NCBI GenBank assembly: GCA_949282205.1
Contig: CASDOS010000023.1
Coordinates: 2,023-66,022, forward strand
DNA length: 64,000 nt
Origin: an uncultured Alphaproteobacteria bacterium
GTDB lineage: Bacteria > Pseudomonadota > Alphaproteobacteria > RF32 > CAG-239
Reading direction: 5' to 3'
In this document: positions 17,159 through 25,532 of the stretch, piece after piece
Position numbering within the stretch: position 1 is the stretch's first letter
Layout: the number at the start of each line of letters is the position of its first letter
Program-made: the position numbers and the translations under genes
Notes under the pieces: model-generated
What the model was told of the DNA's origin: nothing
The model's database searches: none
The model's input: only the letters and a program-made list of their open reading frames with translations

Positions 17159-18826
17159 TTAAGCGACTTTCTCGGTCTGCTCTTTTTTAGAACTTTCGCG
17201 CCAAGCCACCACTTTGGCAATCAAAGCACTGGTGGAGCTATCATGTTGAGCCGAAGCCGCCCCTTCCAATTCGGGTAGAATTTTGAGAGCCAACTGCTTA
17301 CCGAGTTCAACGCCCCATTGATCAAAGGAATCAATTTCCCAAATAACCCCTTGCGTGAAAACTTTATGCTCATACATAGCAATCAACATACCGAGCGCAT
17401 AAGGCGTGATTTTCTTCAACAAGAACATATTGGACGGACGATTGCCGTCAAAGCTCTTATTAAGTTTCAATTTTTCAATTGTAGCCTCGTCTTTACCAAC
17501 CGCACGCAATTCTTCGGCAGCTTCCTCAACGGTTTTACCTTTCATCAAAGCCTCGGCCTGCGCCAAAACATTGGCTATAAGGATTTCGTGATGTTTGCCG
17601 TTTTCGTTATGCGAGATAGCCGGAATAATAAAGTCTACCGGCACCGGCTCCGTTCCTTGGTGCAACAGTTGGAAGAACGAGTGTTGAACATCTGTCCCAG
17701 CCCCGCCAAAGAGCGCCGGACCTGTGGCATAGTCGGTAATTTTCTTATTATCCAAACGCACGGATTTGCCGTTACTTTCCATATCAAGCTGTTGCAAATA
17801 AGACGGCAAGAATTTGAGATATTGGTCATAAGGGATAACGGCGTAACGGTGAATATTGTAATAATCGTTATACCAAATGCCGAGCAATGCCATAATGACC
17901 GGAATATTTTTATCCAAAGGCGCGGTGCGGAAGTGATTATCCATAGCTTCCGCCCCTTTTAGGAGTTCCATAAAGTTATCAAACCCAACCGCCAACGCGA
18001 TAGACAAGCCAATCGCAGACCAAAGGGAATAACGCCCACCGACAAAATCCCAAAACTCAAACATATTATTGACATCAATACCAAACTCTGCCACGGCTTT
18101 CGCATTGGTAGAAAGAGCCACAAAGTGATGTTTAACCGCCTCTTCGCCAAGCGCCTTAACCAACCAATCGCGGCAAGTACGAGCGTTTGTCAAAGTTTCA
18201 ATCGTGGTAAAGGTTTTGGAAGCAACAATAAAGAGAGTTTCTTCCGGATTAACGTTATTCAAGACTTCAGCGCAAGCCGTTCCGTCAATATTAGAAATAA
18301 AGAAGCATTGAATATCTTTCGCCCAATATTTTTTAAGAGCACATGTAACCATATACGGCCCCAAGTCAGAACCGCCGATACCGATATTAACGATATTTTT
18401 TAATTTTTTACCGGTGGCGCCTCTGAAAGTTCCGTTACGAACAGCGTCCGAAAATTCCTTCATCTTCGCCTGAACTCTAAGAATTTCGGACATAACGTCT
18501 TTACCATCCACAAAAACCGGTTTGCCGGAGAAATTGCGTAGCGCGGTGTGCAAAACGGCGCGATTTTCGGTGACATTAATTTTCTTACCCGAGAACATAT
18601 CTTCAATACGTTCTTTCAAATGATGTTCTTCGGCCAATTCAAACAAAGCCTTTAAGACTTTATCATCAAAGCGGTTTTTAGAATAATCAAACGTCAAATC
18701 GCCAAAGTTGAGCGTATATTTTTGAGCGCGTTTGCTATCTTCATTAAACAAATCTTTCATCTGTACGGAATTAAAGCGTTTATACTCCTCTAAAAGAGCA
18801 GCTACGGCATTAGACACAGCCATCAT
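17159..18826 (-). CDS. pgi: glucose-6-phosphate isomerase
   Basis: There is full-length similarity to PGI, including motifs IGIGGSDLGP, GGRYSLWSAIG and DQWGVELGK. I prefer the ATG at 18826, which has AGGAG 7 nt upstream, over the track start at 18892. Confidence 0.95.
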   Translation of the reverse strand: MMAVSNAVAALLEEYKRFNSVQMKDLFNEDSKRAQKYTLNFGDLTFDYSKNRFDDKVLKALFELAEEHHLKERIEDMFSGKKINVTENRAVLHTALRNFSGKPVFVDGKDVMSEILRVQAKMKEFSDAVRNGTFRGATGKKLKNIVNIGIGGSDLGPYMVTCALKKYWAKDIQCFFISNIDGTACAEVLNNVNPEETLFIVASKTFTTIETLTNARTCRDWLVKALGEEAVKHHFVALSTNAKAVAEFGIDVNNMFEFWDFVGGRYSLWSAIGLSIALAVGFDNFMELLKGAEAMDNHFRTAPLDKNIPVIMALLGIWYNDYYNIHRYAVIPYDQYLKFLPSYLQQLDMESNGKSVRLDNKKITDYATGPALFGGAGTDVQHSFFQLLHQGTEPVPVDFIIPAISHNENGKHHEILIANVLAQAEALMKGKTVEEAAEELRAVGKDEATIEKLKLNKSFDGNRPSNMFLLKKITPYALGMLIAMYEHKVFTQGVIWEIDSFDQWGVELGKQLALKILPELEGAASAQHDSSTSALIAKVVAWRESSKKEQTEKVA

Positions 18827-19005
18827 AAATCTCCTACAAAAATTATCACTAATGGGCATAAAATAAGCCTCTGCGCGCGGCGTGTCAAGCATTTCGCGCG
18901 CTTATCCGACAATTTTATTGACTAATTGCGCCCCATCGGTTATTCTAAGAGAATAAAAGGAGCTAAAAAGCTAAAAGGCACAGAGGAAAGGCGCAAAGAA
19001 AAGAC

Positions 19006-20184
19006 ATGGCATTTGTTGATATAACCGATCCGAAATCTCCACTAGGCTGCGGCACGTTGATGTTGCCGTATACACGAGTGAGCGCGCCTTTAGTCATCAC
19101 CGATGAAGCCGGGATAGAGATATTAAGCCACACCAATGCGCCGGTGATTATCAAACGCCTGCTCCGATTAATAGAAGATACCAATCGCCCTGAAGACTTT
19201 ACGAAAACCTTATCGGCCATGAGCACCAGACGCGAGCAGCCGCAAGAAATCTGCAATCGGCTCAAGCGCTTGGGCTACCCGATAGAGTTTGATTATAGCG
19301 AGCGCCACGCCAAAGAATACATTTTGCGTTCATCCAACACCAGACAGACGGCGTATTTAGTCCCCGATGAAGTAACCTTTTGGTATCCGGAGTGGGCAAC
19401 GGTAGACAGCCTGATGCTCAATCCGCACGGCAAAACCGCCACCATCATCGGCGCGCTTTATAAAACCCCGGATGCAGAAAGCGATGGCTTACCGCAAAAT
19501 CTGGATTTAACCAGCGGCAAAAGATTAACCACGCTCCAATTAAAAGGGCTTGACTGGACCAAACATGATGTCGTCTTTCCAAAAGAGCTTGAAACATTGG
19601 AGCTGCAAGACATCAAGAATTTCCCGAAGCACTGGGACATTTCCAACCTTCCCAACTTAAAAAAACTCCGCTTAAACAACATAGACTTGCACAATTTTGA
19701 GTTTAACACGCTACCTCTGACAATAGAAACCTTAGAGTTAAACAGTTCCACCCGTCTCACGAACCTTCACCAATTGAGTATTCGTCCGAAACTACAAAAC
19801 TTACGCATCGGCAAAGGCAATGATTTAAGCTATTGCAAACTTCCACGCCTTGCGCGACTGCGCACGTTAGAGATACCGGAATGTCAAAACGTCAACACCG
19901 ATAAATCCATAGCAACATTATACCCGAATTTATATGGGCTAAACATTTCGGGGATGCGTATAAAAAATGAAAGATTTATGGAATTACCGAAGACATTAGG
20001 GATTTTGTATATGAATCACACCAAATTTCCGCCGTCATTTGACCTACGCACATTACCGCTCAACCAATTAAAAACAGTCAAATGGAACGATAAGACACTC
20101 ACCGGCAGCAAATTAGATGCGATGCTATACACCCAAAATGTATTAAAAAGCCAACACTTGGATTTAAAAAATAAACACCGATAA
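19006..20184 (+). CDS. divergent MFVDI N-domain fused to classical leucine-rich repeats
   Basis: The N-terminus MAFVDITDPKSPL...SHTN...RREQP aligns with the family N-domain. The C-terminal 230 aa carries LxxLxL-type repeats of about 22-24 aa (LETLELQDIKNFP, LPNLKKLRLNNIDL, IETLELNSS). The protein ends ..KNKHR. Confidence 0.8.
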   Translation: MAFVDITDPKSPLGCGTLMLPYTRVSAPLVITDEAGIEILSHTNAPVIIKRLLRLIEDTNRPEDFTKTLSAMSTRREQPQEICNRLKRLGYPIEFDYSERHAKEYILRSSNTRQTAYLVPDEVTFWYPEWATVDSLMLNPHGKTATIIGALYKTPDAESDGLPQNLDLTSGKRLTTLQLKGLDWTKHDVVFPKELETLELQDIKNFPKHWDISNLPNLKKLRLNNIDLHNFEFNTLPLTIETLELNSSTRLTNLHQLSIRPKLQNLRIGKGNDLSYCKLPRLARLRTLEIPECQNVNTDKSIATLYPNLYGLNISGMRIKNERFMELPKTLGILYMNHTKFPPSFDLRTLPLNQLKTVKWNDKTLTGSKLDAMLYTQNVLKSQHLDLKNKHR

Positions 20185-20255
20185 CAAAGAATCCCCAAAC
20201 GCCGGATAGGCTCTGTCATTTTCCCATAAATAACCAAGCGCCGCATATAAAGTCA

Positions 20256-20281
20256 TCAAAAAAAGGGAGCAAAAAGCTCCC
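20256..20281 (-). terminator. intrinsic terminator after 20313..20711
   Basis: On the minus strand, gggagc-ttttt-gctccc is followed by ttttttt. This is one of three near-identical hairpins in the array. Confidence 0.7.
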
Positions 20282-20312
20282 TAAAAAAAAGAAATAAAAG
20301 AATTGTCCCCTC

Positions 20313-20711
20313 TCAATAAGCGATTTCAATAACGGTACTTCTGGATATTACCCGAGCTTTTACAAATTTCCGCCACATAAAATACATCCACCCGCCCCAA
20401 CAGAGCGACAAGAAGAGTAAAAACAAGATACAATCATTAAAATAAGGCGCAAAATTCGGAAACAGAAACATACCGACCGATTGCGTAACAATCAATATGA
20501 CAATCAACACCGGCATCTGATAGGCTCTCTCAAAAAACGCGTTAAGTTTAACAGCGGTTTGATAAGCCTCAACGACTTCATCGTTTTTACCAAACAAGAA
20601 AAGAGAACGTTGAGAACAAACGCCGATAGCGGGATAACCGAATTTTTCGGGCGACACGCCATACTGAGCGATAAACATCTCAATAGCTTGAGCTTTAATC
20701 AGCCAATCCAT
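20313..20711 (-). CDS. small 2-TM protein, member of a four-gene tandem paralog array
   Basis: I prefer the start at MDWLIKAQAIEMFIAQYGVSPEKFGYP (ATG at 20711). It has a ~50-aa soluble head, two TM segments, a basic stretch, and ends ..VIEIAY. Confidence 0.65.
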   Translation of the reverse strand: MDWLIKAQAIEMFIAQYGVSPEKFGYPAIGVCSQRSLFLFGKNDEVVEAYQTAVKLNAFFERAYQMPVLIVILIVTQSVGMFLFPNFAPYFNDCILFLLFLSLCWGGWMYFMWRKFVKARVISRSTVIEIAY

Positions 20712-20819
20712 AAGCAAAATAATTAAATTGAACCACAAAAAAATAACCAAGTTTCTGCAGGATAGCACCAAAGAATTAATCTGTCAACGCCGAAACATCC
20801 CCCTCCACACACATCACAA

Positions 20820-20844
20820 CAAAAAAGGGAGCCGAAAAGCTCCC
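20820..20844 (-). terminator. intrinsic terminator after 20880..21251
   Basis: On the minus strand a gggagc/gctccc hairpin is followed by a T-run. Confidence 0.7.
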
Positions 20845-20879
20845 GAAAAAAGAAAATAATGCAAGCCAATGAGGCAGCA

Positions 20880-21251
20880 TCAAATTTCATAATGCATTTT
20901 AAACATTTTTTCGCGGCATTTTTTCTTAAGTTTTTTGAAATATCGCACCACGGCCCAATAGCCTTCGATACACAAAAGGACGCACACGACATACACCACG
21001 GCCAAAATCCACCATTGCGGCTCCAAAGTAAAGCAATAAAACATTGCCAACGCAAACGCGATAATAACGCCCCACAAGATAAACTGTGCAAGAACAACCC
21101 GAACATCATAGCTGATATAATCACTCACATCGGATCCGATGGCAGCATACAAACACACTTTATTTTTTTTATCCACACCGATAAAAAACAAACCATCATC
21201 TTCGGGATATCTCCCCAGATGATTAAAATAATTTTTATTTCCATCAATCAT
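20880..21251 (-). CDS. small 2-TM protein, divergent member of the paralog array
   Basis: This 123-aa ORF has the same layout: soluble head, two TM segments, KKLKKK, and an ending ..MHYEI. It lies 20 nt downstream of 21272..21670. I chose it over the overlapping ORFs 20723..21124 and 20859..21266. Confidence 0.55.
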   Translation of the reverse strand: MIDGNKNYFNHLGRYPEDDGLFFIGVDKKNKVCLYAAIGSDVSDYISYDVRVVLAQFILWGVIIAFALAMFYCFTLEPQWWILAVVYVVCVLLCIEGYWAVVRYFKKLKKKCREKMFKMHYEI

Positions 21252-21271
21252 AAGTACGAGTATTAAAAGAT

Positions 21272-21670
21272 TTAGTAACCGATTTCAATAACTTTATCCT
21301 GAGCTATTCTCCTTGCGACAAGAAATTTCCGCCGTAAGTAAAACAAGACACCGCCCCACCCCAACAACGTGCAAAAAAATACGCACAACACAGCAAATAA
21401 CTGCCATTTATATTGAGGAAAGACACATATTCCCCCACCTGCCGCATACATAAGTAATACAAACAGAGGCGACAACCACAAAGTTTTTCTGGCAAAAGCG
21501 TTAAGCGCATCGGCTTTTTTATAAGCACAAAGCACATTTTCATCAACACCAAACAAGAAAGTGTTCTGCTCCGCCCCGACATCAATAACCGGAAAGCCTT
21601 TATCATAAGGCGTAACACCGTAATGAACGACGAATAAATCAATCGCTTGTTTTTTAAGTTTTTCGTCCAT
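21272..21670 (-). CDS. small 2-TM protein, member of the paralog array
   Basis: It begins MDEKLKKQAIDLFVVHYGVTPYDKGFPVIDV, has two TM segments, and ends ..VIEIGY. Confidence 0.7.
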   Translation of the reverse strand: MDEKLKKQAIDLFVVHYGVTPYDKGFPVIDVGAEQNTFLFGVDENVLCAYKKADALNAFARKTLWLSPLFVLLMYAAGGGICVFPQYKWQLFAVLCVFFCTLLGWGGVLFYLRRKFLVARRIAQDKVIEIGY

Positions 21671-21797
21671 AAAAAATAAGAATTAATTGTAAAACAAAAA
21701 AATAAACCAGTAAGAAGAAAGTATCAGGAAACTATATTTTTGTCAAGAAAAATTTTTTTAGACCATAATTTCATCCACGCGCCAATAACCGCACAGA

Positions 21798-21822
21798 TAA
21801 AAAAAGGGAGCGAAAAGCTCCC
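21798..21822 (-). terminator. intrinsic terminator after 21871..22272
   Basis: On the minus strand a gggagc/gctccc hairpin is followed by a T-run. Confidence 0.7.
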
Positions 21823-21870
21823 TTTCAATCAAACAGCGACAGCAGAAAAAAGCGCTGTAAAATCACACAT

Positions 21871-22272
21871 TTAATACGCATAATTAATGTAAAGCACCTT
21901 ATTTTTGCACTTTTTATCTTGCCTCAGACCATAAAAACAAAGCCCTAACACCAAAGCGCACCACGCAAAAAAGAACACCACCGCCGCAATAGTAATCGCA
22001 TCAAATTTCGCCCCATTCTGCACAAAATTAGGAAACGAATACCCCAACAAAATGAGTAACGGAATAGCAAGCGGCCATAAAGCCCATTTAAACATCCAGC
22101 GAATAAGCCCTTGCGAGCACTTATAGGCTTTGGCAATTTTTTCGGTCGGCGCATAGATATAAGCTCTCTGCGGTTTAAAAACATCCACCGCCGGCACGCC
22201 ATATTCTTTAGGCGTTTGGCGATACTTCACAACAAACAAATTGATTGCCTGTTCACGTTGTTTCTTGTCCAT
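21871..22272 (-). CDS. small 2-TM protein, member of the paralog array
   Basis: It begins MDKKQREQAINLFVVKYRQTPKEYGVPAVDV, has two TM segments, and ends ..YINYAY. Its 5' flank is near-identical to that of 21272..21670. Confidence 0.7.
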   Translation of the reverse strand: MDKKQREQAINLFVVKYRQTPKEYGVPAVDVFKPQRAYIYAPTEKIAKAYKCSQGLIRWMFKWALWPLAIPLLILLGYSFPNFVQNGAKFDAITIAAVVFFFAWCALVLGLCFYGLRQDKKCKNKVLYINYAY

Positions 22273-22359
22273 AAAAAATAAGAATTAAATTGTAAAACAA
22301 AAAAATACCACAAACACAAAGTCTGCGCTCAAAGCAAATATACCGCCAATCGTGCAGAC

Positions 22360-22944
22360 TTACTTTTCCTTAAAGCCGGAAAAATCAGCCAAAGACGAAT
22401 GTGTGGCAAAATACTTCCAAAACGCGCACGCGTGCACCGATTGGATAATATCATTTTGCTTAAGCAGCTCCAACACTTGTTCAACCGAGAGCAGATGGAC
22501 GGAAATATCTTCCCCTCCGTCGAGATGTTGTGTTCCGATAGGTTCAACATCTTCGGCAATAAAGTTGTAGGTCCAATTGTTGGTTGTACTGGGGTTAGCG
22601 GAAAGTTTAAGATTAAACGTCCACTTGCCGTTACCATAACCTGTTTCTTCCAACAGTTCGCGTTGCGCCGCATGAAGAGGAGAAGCGTCCGTTGGATCGA
22701 CACACCCGCCGCAAAGTTCATAGTTGACGGTTTGTGTACCATGCCGATATTGGCGTATCATCAAAAACTTTTTATCTTTTGTAATCGCCAAAACGTTCAC
22801 CCAATTCGGATATTCCAAGACATAATAGTTTGGAACAATCACGCCGTTAGCAAGCTGAATTTTATCTTCGCGAAGCGTACACCAAGGTTCTTTCATCAAA
22901 TATTGAGAAGCAAGAACTTGAGCTGATTTTTCATCTTTCTGCAT
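22360..22944 (-). CDS. NUDIX hydrolase (ADP-ribose pyrophosphatase-like)
   Basis: The Nudix box GGCVDPTDASPLHAAQRELLEETG is present. Confidence 0.85.
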   Translation of the reverse strand: MQKDEKSAQVLASQYLMKEPWCTLREDKIQLANGVIVPNYYVLEYPNWVNVLAITKDKKFLMIRQYRHGTQTVNYELCGGCVDPTDASPLHAAQRELLEETGYGNGKWTFNLKLSANPSTTNNWTYNFIAEDVEPIGTQHLDGGEDISVHLLSVEQVLELLKQNDIIQSVHACAFWKYFATHSSLADFSGFKEK

Positions 22945-23118
22945 AAGACATATACTTAAAAAAGTTAAACCTCAAAATAATTCAATAACGCCACAAATTT
23001 ATCATCCCGCCGCCGAAAGTCAAGCAAAAAGGCCATAAACATCTAAAACCCCCGCAAAAAAGCGCTATATATTAACCATGCATTAACCGAATACGAGTAA
23101 CAATAACAGCGAGTATGT

Positions 23119-24225
23119 ATGTCAACACGAAAGGATAAAAAAATGCCGAAAACCCCAAAGCGTAAACCTGCGGCCGCCGCTCCCGTTAGAGCCAAAAAAA
23201 CGCCGGCAAAAGCCGTCAAAAAAGCCCCTCTTGCACCAGAGTCCGAAGCACCTGCTGCCGTTGAAAAGAAAAAGGTGATAGCCCCTGTCGCCGAAAAGAT
23301 AAAGAAACTTCCGGCCGCTGCCAAAGCCGCTCCGAAAAAAATCGTTGAGCGCACGATAGAAACAACCTTAAAGACAGTAGAAAAAGCCGCCGAAAAAGAA
23401 GCGCAAAAGGCCAGCAAAAAGGCCCTCAAAGCCACGATAAAGGCCAAAAAGGCATTGCGTAAAATGGTAAACGCGAAAAAGGCCGCGAAATCCGCCGCTG
23501 AAAAAGCCGAAGCCTCAACCGCCGAGCTTAATCAAGAGCTAAACGAGGTCACAACCACAGAAGCAGCCGTAAGCGAAAGCCCAATAAAGCGTGTCAAAAA
23601 ATTACCTGTCGGCGCAGCGATAGCCGCATCAGGGATAAAAAATGCAACCACCACAGCCGCCAAACGCGCCGCTAAAGAAATCAAGGACAAGTTCAAAGAA
23701 CTCATTCACCCGAGTGAAGAAAAAGTCTTTTATTACGAGCGCCGTCAAATCGTAGCCTTAACCCTCGTCTATGCGGCCGTTTCATACTTTGTATGGTTGC
23801 TGACCAAGTGCCTGATGTGCTGTCATCTGATAACTTCCATGACTATGGTTGCTTTGATGATAGCGGTAATGACATTAAGTTTATTGGCCTTAGCATCGGT
23901 TGTTTTCGTTTTAATCTTTCCGCAGCCGCTTGCGGTAACCAATCAAGAAGGAATAAAGATAGACCATAATGCGATGTTGAGTTGGAACGACATAGCGTTA
24001 GCGGAAGAAAAGTACACCAGTTTCATCAGTCGTCGTCCGATAATAGCGTTGCATTTAAGCGCGGAAGCGAAAGACAAGTACAAACTGACGTTTATGCAGC
24101 ATTTGTGCAAACACAACGTATTTACGGAATTTTCGATACCGTTATATGCAATGAGTCCCGAAGCTGCGCAAGAAATAAAAAACATCATCAAGCGCCGTTG
24201 CAAATACGAAGACAACCGGAGATAA
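23119..24225 (+). CDS. membrane protein with a histone-H1-like Lys/Ala/Pro-rich N-terminal region
   Basis: The N-terminal ~190 aa is rich in KKxAxKA and PAAAAP-type repeats. Two or three TM segments follow, then a ~110-aa C-terminal domain. Confidence 0.6.
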   Translation: MSTRKDKKMPKTPKRKPAAAAPVRAKKTPAKAVKKAPLAPESEAPAAVEKKKVIAPVAEKIKKLPAAAKAAPKKIVERTIETTLKTVEKAAEKEAQKASKKALKATIKAKKALRKMVNAKKAAKSAAEKAEASTAELNQELNEVTTTEAAVSESPIKRVKKLPVGAAIAASGIKNATTTAAKRAAKEIKDKFKELIHPSEEKVFYYERRQIVALTLVYAAVSYFVWLLTKCLMCCHLITSMTMVALMIAVMTLSLLALASVVFVLIFPQPLAVTNQEGIKIDHNAMLSWNDIALAEEKYTSFISRRPIIALHLSAEAKDKYKLTFMQHLCKHNVFTEFSIPLYAMSPEAAQEIKNIIKRRCKYEDNRR

Positions 24226-24304
24226 GAAAAGAGAAATTGAATAGAACAAGGGGCTAAAACCAGCCCCTTAATTTTTGCCCTCAATAGCGATTAGAGCGAG
24301 GTTA

Positions 24305-25507
24305 TTAAAGCAACGGCGCCACCACTCTATCTAAAACGCCCATCATTTTAGAAATCAAGATACCATAATTCGTAACCTGAATATTCTGCCGCGCACATTC
24401 GTTAATACGTCGCCGCATTTCCGCCCGATTAAGCATGCATCCGCCACAATGAATAACAAGAGCGTAATCACCAAGATTATCGGGAAAATCGGTTCCTTGC
24501 GCGTAATCAAACTGGATAGTTTTACCGGTATAACTCAAAATCCACTTTGGAATTTTCACCCGTCCGATATCATCGCAAGTAACGTGGTGCGAACAGCCCT
24601 CGGCGATTAAAACTTTATCACCGTTTTGCAACGTATCGATACTATTGGCACCGTTAAGCTGCGCATAAAAATCCCCTTTATAGCGAGCAAAGAGGGTTGA
24701 AAACGTGGTCAGCGGAATAGTGTCAGGAACAATTTTAGCCACATCTTTAACGGCCTGACTGTCAGTAATCACCAAATCGGGAGCAAAAGAAAGTTTACGC
24801 AACACATCTTCGACTTCACAAACTTTAGCGACAATCGGCACAGCATTAGCATCTAAAATTTCTCGCAACGCCTGCACTTGCGGAAGAATGAGTCGTCCTT
24901 TCGGGGCGGCCAAATCAATCGGAACGACGAGAAGGACCACATTTTTCGGTTGTATCAAATCCGCCAAGAGAGGCGGTTCTTGAGCAAGCGGCGTTAAAAC
25001 ATCAATCATCCGTTGTTTAAGTTCTTCAATACCTTGCGCGGTTTTAGCGGAAACAAACACGCCTTTAAAGCGTTCAAATATTTTGCGGTCGCCCTCATTA
25101 AGTTGCCGCGCATCTCTGAAATTAAAAACCGGAATAAAGGGAATATTTTTTTCTTTCAATAAAGCCAAGTGCTGACGTGTCAAATCATCAACACCGTTTT
25201 TACCGATAACCAAGAGCGCCAAATCGGCTTTACGAATAACCTTCTGCGTAGCACAAATTCTCTTTTCTGCCAGTTCTGTATTATCATCAAGACCTGCGGT
25301 ATCATAAAAGCAGAGCGGTCCGACGGGAACAAGCTCATAAGGTTTCAAGACAGCATCGGTCGTCGTACCGGCAACAGCGGAAACGATAGCGGTATCCTGC
25401 CCGACAATTTGATTTAAGAGAGCGGATTTACCGACATTGGCATTACCGATAATTGCCACCGTCAAGCGCATACCCGCCGGAGCCGAAGAATTTAATTGCG
25501 TTGCCAT
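24305..25507 (-). CDS. hydF: [FeFe]-hydrogenase maturation GTPase HydF-like
   Basis: The P-loop is GNANVGKS and there is a DTAG motif. The C-terminal cluster-binding signature CSH followed about 45 residues later by HCGGC matches the HydF pattern CxHx(44-53)HCxxC. Confidence 0.75.
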   Translation of the reverse strand: MATQLNSSAPAGMRLTVAIIGNANVGKSALLNQIVGQDTAIVSAVAGTTTDAVLKPYELVPVGPLCFYDTAGLDDNTELAEKRICATQKVIRKADLALLVIGKNGVDDLTRQHLALLKEKNIPFIPVFNFRDARQLNEGDRKIFERFKGVFVSAKTAQGIEELKQRMIDVLTPLAQEPPLLADLIQPKNVVLLVVPIDLAAPKGRLILPQVQALREILDANAVPIVAKVCEVEDVLRKLSFAPDLVITDSQAVKDVAKIVPDTIPLTTFSTLFARYKGDFYAQLNGANSIDTLQNGDKVLIAEGCSHHVTCDDIGRVKIPKWILSYTGKTIQFDYAQGTDFPDNLGDYALVIHCGGCMLNRAEMRRRINECARQNIQVTNYGILISKMMGVLDRVVAPLL

Positions 25508-25532
25508 ACAAACCTCCTACAAACAAATCCCA

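Noticed and set aside
17318-17962. Long antisense or shadow ORFs inside confident genes (for example 17318..17962 in pgi, 27804..28505 in the DsbD-like gene, 47895..48602 and 48123..48707 in the 596-aa membrane gene, 44137..44709 and similar ones in family genes)
   Set aside because: The opposite-strand or alternate-frame partner has clear homology or family conservation. The shadow ORFs have odd composition and no independent support.
20723-21266. Alternative ORFs 20723..21124 (-) and 20859..21266 (+) overlapping 20880..21251
   Set aside because: The chosen frame reproduces the head, 2-TM segments and basic C-terminus layout of the three neighbouring paralogs. It is also followed by the shared terminator hairpin. 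The alternatives have no such support.
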